IMG/VR virus record: IMGVR_UViG_3300010282_000004 | Coordinates: 1 to 64,000 of that record | Length of the DNA stretch: 64,000 bases | DNA from: a virus | Taxonomy: Duplodnaviria; Caudoviricetes | Strand: one strand, 5' to 3' | Shown: positions 1 through 8,765 of the stretch, in pieces | Position numbering within the stretch: the stretch's first letter is position 1 | How the letters are laid out: each line of letters opens with the position of its first letter | The notes under the pieces: model-generated | The model's input: the letters and a program-made list of their open reading frames with translations, nothing else | Database searches by the model: none | Told to the model about the DNA's origin: nothing | Translations under genes and position numbers: made by a program

Positions 1-960
1 ACCCAACCCAACAATTCACCTGATCACACCTCATATCGTATAATCTACAAATACAGTACAAAAAAATAATCCTTTAACATAAATATAGTATCACTGTATT
101 AAGCACTTAATACAGTCAATCCCCAAACTTATCCACAACCAAATCCTCTACACTTCTAGTCCAAGCTGCGACTATGCACAAACTTACCCACAGACTTATC
201 AACAATTAGCATCCAATCAATATCCAATACCAATCATTTTCCGGTAAGGGCGACCCAACTCCGTCTTCACTACTCCATCCTTAAAACTATTCGCTCTAAT
301 CCCACCCCACCTTAAACAATTAAACTACAATATCAAAACCAAATCAAAGTCAAACCAAATACACACCACCAACAACATCATCAACAACGTCTACAATAAA
401 ATCTACACTCGCACTCAAACAATTCAAATTCGCATCAAAACTCTATTGCTAATCAATAACTTTTAAACATTCCAGTAATACGCAAGTAGATCACAACCTA
501 ACACAAATATTCAATACTAACATTCACAAAGTTATCATCAAATAAAAATGTTACTATCACACAACAACCACACACCACAACAATACACGACTATTAACAT
601 ATTAATATTTTACATACAATTCAACCCAATATTCCTAATATATGAATAGTTAGCATCCGTACAATCAAAAAAAAGAGATAATCTCAGTCACCTCTTAAAC
701 ATCACACTATTGATTAATCAATAGAAATTTGATCCGATTTCAGATTTAACTATCATACCCTTATACTTTATCGACCAAATACATAGAATTGAAATTTGAT
801 ATCAATCTCTATTTATAATCAATAAGTTTTCACCAAAAGAATCATTCAGGATATCTCATCCAGATCATAACCTCATACCGGGGTATATAAAACAAATAAG
901 TACCACACTCTATATACTCTTATATACTTTTAAAATTCTTATATACTTTTATATACTCTT
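1..960. other. Gene-free, strongly G-poor (A/C-rich) region; putative genome terminus/packaging or origin-proximal DNA
   Basis: No ORF in the track before 1437. Many 60-nt lines hold only 1-3 G (e.g. 301-360, 541-600). Short repeats aatcaata and tatatact(c/t)tt x4 at 910-960. Confidence 0.6.
129..204 (+). promoter_or_regulatory. Cluster of DnaA boxes
   Basis: TTATCCACA at 129-137 is a perfect box. CTATGCACA 172-180, TTACCCACA 184-192 and TTATCAACA 196-204 each have one mismatch to TTATNCACA, are co-oriented and have a 12-bp period. Confidence 0.6.
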
Positions 961-1122
961 CAAGAACCAACAAGCAGCTATATCTAACAAACATGAAATG
1001 CACCATTTCAAATATATAACTTACAAACAAATCTTAAATTCATTTAATATGATTGCAAATCCATTTAAGAAGATTACATTAGAACCCGGAGGGTTACTCC
1101 CCTTCCTACGTAGTAGGGAGGG

Positions 1123-1224
1123 TAAATCTAACTTAATATATATTTATGGAGTGAAATAATATTTATACGAACGAAGTGAGTATAAATATTATGAACGGAA
1201 TAAATATATATTAAGTTAGATTTA
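1123..1224. repeat. Long nested inverted repeat (hairpin/cruciform)
   Basis: Perfect 25-bp arms 1123-1147/1200-1224, inner 13-bp arms 1156-1168/1180-1192, loop gaacgaagtga. Confidence 0.9.
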
Positions 1225-1274
1225 GTATTCTATTATATTAATATAATTCTATTATATTATATGGGATGGTGATT

Positions 1275-1378
1275 GGTGCAAAAAGTACCCAATCGGTTGA
1301 CCGACTAGTCAAGTGATTGGTGCATTTTGTTCCCAATCACTTGACTTAGTGGGTGCAAAAAGTACCCAATCACTTGAC
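1275..1378 (+). repeat. Three 27-bp iteron-like direct repeats
   Basis: ggtgca(aaaa/tttt)gt(a/t)cccaatc(gg/ac)ttgac at 1275, 1319 and 1352; spacings 44 and 33 bp. Confidence 0.8.
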
Positions 1379-1436
1379 TAATGGAGAATAATATGCTATA
1401 GAATAAGTAAATTTTGTTTTTGAAGGGAGAACTACA

Positions 1437-2138
1437 ATGAGCAATGATAAAGATACAAGAACCAAACTTACATCTGGGAAGCATTTTATAAAAATTCCAA
1501 ATGATATGTTTATGAAGAAAGAGACTGAAGAATATGTATTCTACCTTACTATCTTTTATTATGTACTGATGAATGAAAATAGATGTGGCTTATCTAAGTT
1601 TTCATTATCAGAAATATTATATGATGTTCTTGGGTACAAAGAAAACAGAAAGAAACCAATGTCTGCATTAAACAAAATAATAAAATCACTATATAGAATG
1701 CAGGAAGAAGGATATGTTGAACTAATATCTGATATTGAATCTGTGAAGCTTTCTGAGATTATATATGCAAAAATAAAACGTAGACCAAATCCAGAGAATA
1801 ATTATGTGGAGTTATATTGGAATGAGTTTAATGCAATAGTTCAATTATTTAAATGCTATAGTGATGAAATAAATATTAGTATAAGTTCTACATTTAGATT
1901 TTATCTATATATAAAGAATAGAACTTATAATGGCACCAGGGATTGTGTACAATCATCTGAGTCTATTGGATCTGATTTAGGTTATAGTAAGCAAACATCC
2001 AATAGTTGTGTAAAAATATTATTAAACGAAAGTAATATATATACTGCACTTATAACAAGAGACATACATTATGAAGGTGGTAATCGAGCAAATGTTTCAT
2101 ATAAACTAAATAGTAAATTTGATTTGAAAAATAAATAA
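1437..2138 (+). CDS. Winged-helix DNA-binding protein, putative replication initiator
   Basis: HTH-like segments (FSLSEILYDVLGY; SSESIGSDLGYSKQTSNSCVKIL). Lies directly downstream of the iterons. RBS gaagggag. Confidence 0.5.
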   Translation: MSNDKDTRTKLTSGKHFIKIPNDMFMKKETEEYVFYLTIFYYVLMNENRCGLSKFSLSEILYDVLGYKENRKKPMSALNKIIKSLYRMQEEGYVELISDIESVKLSEIIYAKIKRRPNPENNYVELYWNEFNAIVQLFKCYSDEINISISSTFRFYLYIKNRTYNGTRDCVQSSESIGSDLGYSKQTSNSCVKILLNESNIYTALITRDIHYEGGNRANVSYKLNSKFDLKNK

Positions 2139-2218
2139 GTAAAAACATAACTTACCTGGCTACAAAATGGAGAATAACATACTGTAGCCGAATATACATT
2201 AAGAATAACACACACTTT

Positions 2219-2249
2219 ACTCAGGCTACAGACTAGCCTGAGTTTTTTT
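2219..2249 (+). terminator. Intrinsic terminator
   Basis: actcaggcta-loop-tagcctgagt followed by a T-tract. Confidence 0.75.
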
Positions 2250-2303
2250 ATTTGAAGAAAGTGAGGTACAAACTAATGATTAAAACAGAAAAGGAGATGC
2301 ATC

Positions 2304-2525
2304 ATGGACAAAGAATCAGAAACAAAGCCGGAAGTTAATACTTTCCGTCAGTACACAAGAGAGGAATTATTTAGACTACTACCCTCCCCTATTATGGACG
2401 AGGAAGATTTTGGGAGTTATACATCTTTAGAAGATGTATCAGAAGAAGTAAAGAAATCAACAGAACATCGCCATAGGGCATTAAACAAGAAAGCTAGATT
2501 GGAGGCGAGACGTAATGGCAGATAA
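2304..2525 (+). CDS. Hypothetical protein
   Basis: RBS aaggag; overlaps the next ORF. Confidence 0.7.
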   Translation: MDKESETKPEVNTFRQYTREELFRLLPSPIMDEEDFGSYTSLEDVSEEVKKSTEHRHRALNKKARLEARRNGR

Positions 2526-2838
2526 TAATGAAAACATGATTGAATTCTTAAGGGGACAAAAGACTTGTACTGTTTCTTTTACAAGTCAAAAGCATATTAA
2601 CAAGATTAAGAAATTATATGAACGTATGCCAGAGTGCTTTGAGAGATTTAAAGAAAACGAAGATGGATCTGTATATGCAAGAATACCATTAAAGTTTATT
2701 AAGATATCTGCACCAAGAGCAAATACTTTAACAGAAGAACAAAGACAGGCAGCTGCTGAAAGGCTGGCTAAGAGTAGAAAAAGTAAAGAAGTAAATAATG
2801 ATACGGATGAAAGTAAAGATTTCGATGATGAAGATTGA
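2515..2838 (+). CDS. Hypothetical phage protein
   Basis: RBS ggagg; 107 aa with acidic tail. Confidence 0.75.
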   Translation: MADNNENMIEFLRGQKTCTVSFTSQKHINKIKKLYERMPECFERFKENEDGSVYARIPLKFIKISAPRANTLTEEQRQAAAERLAKSRKSKEVNNDTDESKDFDDED

Positions 2839-2902
2839 ATATAAGTAAAGATTGAAATAGAGAATAAACTAATAACAATTACTTGAAGGGAGAGACAACA
2901 CT

Positions 2903-3238
2903 ATGTTAACTAAAGAAACTTTTGTAAAAGCAATGAATGAACTTATCAGGGCAAGGAACTATCAGGAAGATCTAAATAATTTCTTTGAGTCTCACTGCTC
3001 TGATGGATATATTTACCAGCCAGATTGTTCCGATTCACTTGTATTTGTTTTAGAAGAAGCTATGAATCAGAAGCCGGGCGAAGATGGTTTAACAGACATT
3101 GCTTACTTCTGCTATGAATTAGAGTACGGAAGAAAGTATAAAGATGGATGTTATAAGAATGACAAGGGAGAAGATGTTGATATCTCCACACCTGAATTAC
3201 TATACGACTATATTGTATCAGGTGGTGATGTTCATTGA
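2903..3238 (+). CDS. Hypothetical protein, translationally coupled to the RNA polymerase gene
   Basis: RBS gaagggag; stop overlaps the TTG start at 3235. Confidence 0.75.
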   Translation: MLTKETFVKAMNELIRARNYQEDLNNFFESHCSDGYIYQPDCSDSLVFVLEEAMNQKPGEDGLTDIAYFCYELEYGRKYKDGCYKNDKGEDVDISTPELLYDYIVSGGDVH

Positions 3239-5868
3239 GTGAGTTCGGACTCAAAATAAAAAACATTGAGGCAAGCACCCTATTTGAATATAACAATGGG
3301 GTGCGTGACCACTATGAATATAAGGATGCAATGTTTGTAAACAGTTTATTTAAAGACTTCCTTGATGAGAATGGACTTACTAATTGGAAAGGTGAATCTA
3401 CCAGAGATATTATTTGTTTAGAATTTAATTATGGTAGTCGTTCTTATGAAGAAGAGATGGCACATCTTCATAGTGTAGCCAAAGCAGCAAGGAAAGAATT
3501 TAAAATTGCTTTAATAAAAAAAGATTTATTTTTATTAGAAAAAGCAATAAAAAAAAGAAAAAAGATATCAGAATTAACTAAGATTGCTTTTAAAAATAAA
3601 AAAAATTATAAAAAATATTCTAAAGAAGAATTGAGAAGGATATTCTATAACGAAGGTGTGACTGTTGAGTACATCACTAGGGATCGGAATGGTGAGATCA
3701 AGAAGGTAGAGAACATACACTACAAGATGCTATACCGCTCAACTGGAAAAGCGAAGAAGGGTAGCTGCATGTTCGTTTGTGACCGTCTGTATGAGAGAGC
3801 CAAGAAGTTCCTGTACATGGGGATTGAGTTGCCAAAGGACAATGCTCCTATTGTAGAGGCCAGTGCCTATATCCCACTTATCTCTTCTGGTATAGTTGGA
3901 CGTATAAAGATTAATCCTAAGAATATTTTAATCTTAAAGGATGTAGATAGATTCTTTACTACTGATGTTATTAGTATTGAAACGGATCAACTTAAACGTT
4001 GTGTAGCAAAGCACATTGACAATTACAAATTGAAGAATACTTTATTTGATGGTCAGGCTCTTATAGACTCTTCTATCTTCCCGGTATGGGGAAATGGATA
4101 TGTTTTATTGAGACACCACTTCTGTAAGATGGCAGCATTCAATACAAATATCCAAAAGTTCTTTAAAGATTATTTTGGTGCTGACTACTACACTGCTACT
4201 GTCACGGATATGTTTGGTGTTGAGCATTATGTAAAGGACATTGAACTGATAACCACAGATAACGCAATGAAATGGTGTAAGGATGTGTTTGGCATCACAT
4301 ATGAGTACTGGTGTGACCGGGTGTATGAAAACGGTTGTATGTTCGGGGTAGTCAAGACTGCACACCCATCAAAACTTGGAAAGTATCAACGTATGTCGTA
4401 TCAGATGGTGAACTCATTATCAGAAGATATCATGGAAAATGTTTGCAAGGAGTCTGTTAATTACGTATATAAACTTAAGAGTGATAGTAATGAGTTTCTT
4501 GACTTCCTAAACAAGAAGAAAAACTTTTCTAATGACTATGAGTTTTTATATGAGATGTGTAAGTATAATCCTGAGTTTGAAAGGAGTTCATACTTTAGAG
4601 ATAGGAAAAGAAAAATCATTTCCAATTATGTTCTTGGTATGAAGAACGGAGAACTTATACAGGATGCAGATAATCTTACATTAGTTGGATCACCTTATGC
4701 TATGTTACTTTATGCAGCTAGTGGAAATCCAGATGACGTGGACAAAGATGATACGTTTCATGTAGAGGATAATGTTATTCAATGTTATACAGAAAGGTTT
4801 AATGACGGAGAATATCTGGCGGCCTTTCGTAGTCCATTCAACTCTAAGAATAATCTGTTATACGTACATAATACTTATAGTGAGAATATGAAGAAGTATT
4901 TTAACTTTGGTAAACAGATTATTGCGATGAACATGATTTGTACATCTGTTCAGGATAGGGCAAATGGTTGTGATCAAGATTCAGACTTCTTTTATGTTAC
5001 CAATCAAAAAGATATTGTTGAACATGCGAAGATGTGCTATGTAGATTATCCTACTATAGTAAACAATGTTCCAAAAGATAAGAACGTATACTCTAGTTCA
5101 ATGGACGACTTTGCAAGATTGGATAACTTATTGTCTGCATCACAGACGGACATTGGTGAGTCAAGCAACTTGGCACAGATTGCACAATCATATGCCTGTT
5201 CATTTGATGATCCTAAGTATGATGATTATTGTGCTATTCTATCAGTGCTTGCTCAGTTGGCAATTGACTCAGCGAAACGTATGTTTGATATTGATATACC
5301 TGCAGAGATTAAGCATATCAAAAGGCAGATGGACGTTTCATCTAATGGATATCCAATGTTTTGGTCTATCATCCGTCCTGGATTTAATGAAAAGAGTTTA
5401 AATAAAGATATACATTGTCCTATGAACTATTTGTATAACTTAAAGTTTAAGGAAGTGCGCTCCTCGTCTTCTACCCTTTCAATGGATCATTTCTTTAAGA
5501 AGTATCCTCTTGACATTCATAGGAAGACTTGTAAGAAGGTTGAAGATTTAATTGAGAAATATTCTTTTGACTTATACAACTATAATACTGATAATTCAAC
5601 AGAGGACAGTGATTATATTTTATTACGTAGTGACTTTGATAATCTCATGAATGATTTGAGAGGGATTAATATATCTAAGAATTATTTAGGTCTTATGAGT
5701 TGGTTGGTTGACAGGAGTTTTATTATAACTCCATCTGCAAAGCAGAATCGTAAATCAATTAAGTCAAACGTAAATAAGAATCGTGCATTACTGCTTAATG
5801 TGCTTTATAATATAAACAAAACATCATTATTTAAGGTACTTTCAAAAAACCTTGAAGGTGTAGTTTAA
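3235..5868 (+). CDS. yonO: YonO-like single-subunit (two-barrel) phage RNA polymerase
   Basis: 877 aa. Catalytic-loop-like NGCDQDSD (DxDxD), upstream RSP motif and FDGQ motif typical of two-barrel RdRP/YonO enzymes. Heads an SPbeta-like late operon. Confidence 0.85.
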   Translation: MSEFGLKIKNIEASTLFEYNNGVRDHYEYKDAMFVNSLFKDFLDENGLTNWKGESTRDIICLEFNYGSRSYEEEMAHLHSVAKAARKEFKIALIKKDLFLLEKAIKKRKKISELTKIAFKNKKNYKKYSKEELRRIFYNEGVTVEYITRDRNGEIKKVENIHYKMLYRSTGKAKKGSCMFVCDRLYERAKKFLYMGIELPKDNAPIVEASAYIPLISSGIVGRIKINPKNILILKDVDRFFTTDVISIETDQLKRCVAKHIDNYKLKNTLFDGQALIDSSIFPVWGNGYVLLRHHFCKMAAFNTNIQKFFKDYFGADYYTATVTDMFGVEHYVKDIELITTDNAMKWCKDVFGITYEYWCDRVYENGCMFGVVKTAHPSKLGKYQRMSYQMVNSLSEDIMENVCKESVNYVYKLKSDSNEFLDFLNKKKNFSNDYEFLYEMCKYNPEFERSSYFRDRKRKIISNYVLGMKNGELIQDADNLTLVGSPYAMLLYAASGNPDDVDKDDTFHVEDNVIQCYTERFNDGEYLAAFRSPFNSKNNLLYVHNTYSENMKKYFNFGKQIIAMNMICTSVQDRANGCDQDSDFFYVTNQKDIVEHAKMCYVDYPTIVNNVPKDKNVYSSSMDDFARLDNLLSASQTDIGESSNLAQIAQSYACSFDDPKYDDYCAILSVLAQLAIDSAKRMFDIDIPAEIKHIKRQMDVSSNGYPMFWSIIRPGFNEKSLNKDIHCPMNYLYNLKFKEVRSSSSTLSMDHFFKKYPLDIHRKTCKKVEDLIEKYSFDLYNYNTDNSTEDSDYILLRSDFDNLMNDLRGINISKNYLGLMSWLVDRSFIITPSAKQNRKSIKSNVNKNRALLLNVLYNINKTSLFKVLSKNLEGVV

Positions 5869-5910
5869 AATGTGTGTACACCTAGAACAAAATATGTGGT
5901 ATGTATGTAA

Positions 5911-5942
5911 ATAAAAACTCCTAGTTATCTAGGGGTTTTTAT
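5911..5942. terminator. Bidirectional intrinsic terminator after the RNAP gene
   Basis: ataaaaactcctag-ttat-ctaggggtttttat. Confidence 0.7.
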
Positions 5943-5989
5943 TTATGTCAATTAATGGTTAGTTATGTCCACTTATGAGAAACTGAAAT

Positions 5990-6155
5990 TGTAGTGAAAT
6001 AGTAGGTTTCACCGCTATATTTATATTCCGAGGCGGTATACAAATAAGGATGCATGCATATAAATTCAAATGCTCTCTCGCTGGCAATATAGCGAGATCG
6101 TCTCCACAGTGGCGGTGTCAAGTCTACTCTCCCTTCGGCATCGTCACTGTTTTTT
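5990..6155 (+). ncRNA. Putative structured leader/sRNA upstream of the tRNA-like genes
   Basis: Successive hairpins: gtagtgaaa/tttcaccgc, ctcgct/agcgag, and a 14-bp stem 6106-6119/6137-6150 followed by a U-tract. Confidence 0.4.
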
Positions 6156-6158
6156 ATA

Positions 6159-6229
6159 GCTGGCGGTAGGTCGGAATCTACCTGTGCCTCATAAGCATGG
6201 GTAACCAGGTTCAACTCCTGGGCGTAGCA
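6159..6229 (+). tRNA. Degenerate tRNA-like gene, anticodon CAT (Met/Ile2), defective acceptor stem
   Basis: D arm gtag/ctac, anticodon arm tgtgc-ctCATaa-gcatg, T arm ccagg-ttcaact-cctgg. The acceptor stem pairs only with a bulge or shift; no CCA. Confidence 0.55.
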
Positions 6230-6235
6230 ATGGTA

Positions 6236-6311
6236 AGTAAGGTAGAGCAGGTCGGTCAGCTCGTTGCGGAACAAACCGCAAAGGTCGTGGGTTCAAATCC
6301 CACCCTTACTT
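6236..6311 (+). tRNA. tRNA-like gene with initiator-tRNA-like body and non-canonical 8-nt anticodon loop
   Basis: Acceptor agtaagg/ccttact, D arm gagc/gctc, anticodon stem ttgcg/cgcaa with loop gaacaaac, T arm gtggg-ttcaaat-cccac. Confidence 0.7.
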
Positions 6312-6354
6312 CTATCCCACTTTGGGAAATTTAAAAATGAAAGAAGGAATAATT

Positions 6355-6534
6355 TTGATTAAGATTTCTAAGGAAGAATCTCTTGAACTGAATAAGAAGT
6401 ATGGTGTTCCTTATGGCGAGAATGGCATCAGCCATACATACACAAGATATCAGCACTACTACCTCTGCGAGAACAGACGTAATATGCAGTGCCTTGAAAA
6501 AATCCGTAAAGAAAAGTTAAAAGCTAATAAGTAA
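6355..6534 (+). CDS. Small basic hypothetical protein (start probably TTG 6355)
   Basis: RBS gaagga upstream of 6355; same frame as track ORF 6322-6534. Confidence 0.65.
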   Translation: MIKISKEESLELNKKYGVPYGENGISHTYTRYQHYYLCENRRNMQCLEKIRKEKLKANK

Positions 6535-6574
6535 AACTAAATAAAGTAAACATGAAAGGTGTGATTGATTACTA

Positions 6575-7861
6575 ATGAAATTTTATGACACAAACGCACT
6601 TCTTGAGTTACAAGAGAAAGCCTTTGAAGAATTCTTCTTTATTTCATCAATTACTTTAGTTGAACTTGAAGATATTAAAGTTAACAGAAATAAGGATGAT
6701 CAGACAAAGTACAATGCTAGAAGGGTTGTTAAATTATTGAATGACAATCCAGATAAGTATTATGTTGTTTGTTATGAAAAATATTTCTTACCATCTGATT
6801 CAAGAGAATTGTATGGTATTGAAGACTCTCCTGATGTTCGTATTTGTATGAGCGCAACATTTGCTATAGAACATCTTAGTAATGTTGATGGAGAATGGAA
6901 ACGTGTAAGTGATGGATATAACCAACTAACATTTGTTACAAATGATTTGTCATGTAAATTAATTGCTCAGAATATTTTCGACTTAAGAGTTGAAAGTACG
7001 AATGATGGTTATGATGACTCTTATAGTGGTTATATTGAAGTTACTATGACAGACGATGAACTTACAGACTTCTATCAGACAATAAAAACCCCGGTTAACA
7101 AATGGGGATTATTGGTAAATCAGTATTTAATCATAAGAGATACTAATGGTGAAGTTAAAGACAAGTATCGTTGGGACGGTAATGAATTTAAGTTTGTTGA
7201 TTTTACAAATATTAAGTCAAAGATATTTGGTAGTGTTAAACCTTATGATGGTGACATCTATCAAACTCTTGCTTTAAATAGTATGAAGACAAATAAACTC
7301 ACAATGATTAAAGGCCCAGCTGGGACTGGTAAAAGTTATTTAGCAATTGGCTATATGTTATATCTATTAGAAAAAAATAAGATTGATAAGATTGTTATAT
7401 TTGCTAACCCCACTCCTACTGCTAATGCAGCTAAGTTAGGTTTCTTACCAGGAAGTCAGTTAGAGAAACTTGCTGATAGTTCACTAGGAAATATGCTTGG
7501 TGCTAAATTGGGTGACAAATTTCTTATTGATCAGCTTATACAACAGAATAAATTAGACATCTTACCAATGTGTGATATTCGTGGGTTTGACACATCTGGT
7601 CTTAATTGTGCGGTATATATTACTGAGGCACAGAACCTTGATATCTCACTTATGAAGTTAGCTCTTCAGAGAATTGGTGAAGATTCTATTTGTATTATTG
7701 ATGGTGATTATGCTGCACAGGTAGACTTGCCACAGTATGCAGGATTTAACAACGGAATGAGAAGACTCTCTGAGGTGTTCCGTGGGGAGGACTTCTACGG
7801 TGAAATTGAATTGAAAAATATCTACAGAGGAAGAATCGCTAAATTAGCGGAACTCATGTAG
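6575..7861 (+). CDS. phoH: PIN-PhoH (PhoH2-type) RNase/ATPase
   Basis: N-terminal PIN motif FYDTNALL, Walker A GPAGTGKS, LGFLPG, IRG, EAQN, and RIGEDS...GD..Q.D motifs. Confidence 0.9.
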   Translation: MKFYDTNALLELQEKAFEEFFFISSITLVELEDIKVNRNKDDQTKYNARRVVKLLNDNPDKYYVVCYEKYFLPSDSRELYGIEDSPDVRICMSATFAIEHLSNVDGEWKRVSDGYNQLTFVTNDLSCKLIAQNIFDLRVESTNDGYDDSYSGYIEVTMTDDELTDFYQTIKTPVNKWGLLVNQYLIIRDTNGEVKDKYRWDGNEFKFVDFTNIKSKIFGSVKPYDGDIYQTLALNSMKTNKLTMIKGPAGTGKSYLAIGYMLYLLEKNKIDKIVIFANPTPTANAAKLGFLPGSQLEKLADSSLGNMLGAKLGDKFLIDQLIQQNKLDILPMCDIRGFDTSGLNCAVYITEAQNLDISLMKLALQRIGEDSICIIDGDYAAQVDLPQYAGFNNGMRRLSEVFRGEDFYGEIELKNIYRGRIAKLAELM

Positions 7862-7889
7862 AAATCTAAAAGGAAAGAAGGGAAAGTTA

Positions 7890-8528
7890 TTGGAACAGTT
7901 TAATATTCCATTACCAGATTTTTTATCACAATTTAATAAGGACACATTTATTCCTTGTCCTGAAGATTATGACTATTGGGGATCTAGGGGTAAAAGAGTT
8001 TTTTATATTGATTATGAAATTGACCCAGACTACTACAGATTAATTGAATTGTCTAAGGCAATTATTCAGTTAAACTTTGAGGAAAAAGACATTCCTAAAA
8101 ATGAATTAAAGCCTATTTATATTATGATACATAGCTATGGTGGGGATCTTGAACAGTCATTTTATTTTTGTGACTTAATCAGGTCAAGTAGAATTCCTAT
8201 TTACACTGTAGCAATGGGTGTTGCTATGTCGGCAGGATTCTTATTATTTATTTCTGGTCATAAGAAGTTTGCATTTCCTCATAGCCAGTTGCTAGTTCAC
8301 AGTGGGTCTGCCACTCTTGGTGGAACTGCTGAACAGATTGAGGAAGCTCAGAAGAATTATAAACGTCAGCAAGAAAGCATGAAGAAATATATTTTAGAAA
8401 ATACTGAAATTCCTGAAAAGATATTCCAGAAGAATGCAAAGAAGGATTGGTATTTAACATGTGATGAACTTGTTGAGTATAAAGTTGTAGATGAAATCAT
8501 TACAGATTTTACTACTATTTTTAAATAG
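7890..8528 (+). CDS. clpP: ClpP-family protease
   Basis: IHSYGG, catalytic Ser in VAMSAG, His in LLVHS, Asp in KDWYL. Confidence 0.85.
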   Translation: MEQFNIPLPDFLSQFNKDTFIPCPEDYDYWGSRGKRVFYIDYEIDPDYYRLIELSKAIIQLNFEEKDIPKNELKPIYIMIHSYGGDLEQSFYFCDLIRSSRIPIYTVAMGVAMSAGFLLFISGHKKFAFPHSQLLVHSGSATLGGTAEQIEEAQKNYKRQQESMKKYILENTEIPEKIFQKNAKKDWYLTCDELVEYKVVDEIITDFTTIFK

Positions 8529-8553
8529 ATTGGGATAGAAAGGAATAAAAAAG

Positions 8554-8754
8554 ATGTTTTCAGTAAAAGACAGTGTGCCTAAGAGTACACCTAAAAGAAC
8601 AATTAAGTTAACAAATATTTCATTGGCAGAATCCAAGTTTGTAGATGACGAAGGTGATATTACAGAGGAGATTCTTAAGGCACTGCCTGAAGGAACTGAG
8701 ACTGTAGACTTCAAGATTGTTGTAGACTTGGAGGATGAAGATGACATTGGATAG
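8554..8754 (+). CDS. Small acidic protein (positional analogue of SPbeta YonK)
   Basis: 66 aa; RBS aagga; directly upstream of the phosphoesterase. Confidence 0.6.
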   Translation: MFSVKDSVPKSTPKRTIKLTNISLAESKFVDDEGDITEEILKALPEGTETVDFKIVVDLEDEDDIG

Positions 8755-8765
8755 GCGGTGATCCA

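Noticed and set aside
1275-1378. Possible mini-CRISPR array
   Set aside because: Gaps between repeats are only 17 and 6 bp and no cas genes are present; iterons fit better.
5963-6274. 103-aa minus-strand ORF
   Set aside because: Overlaps the tRNA-like genes and hairpins on the + strand.
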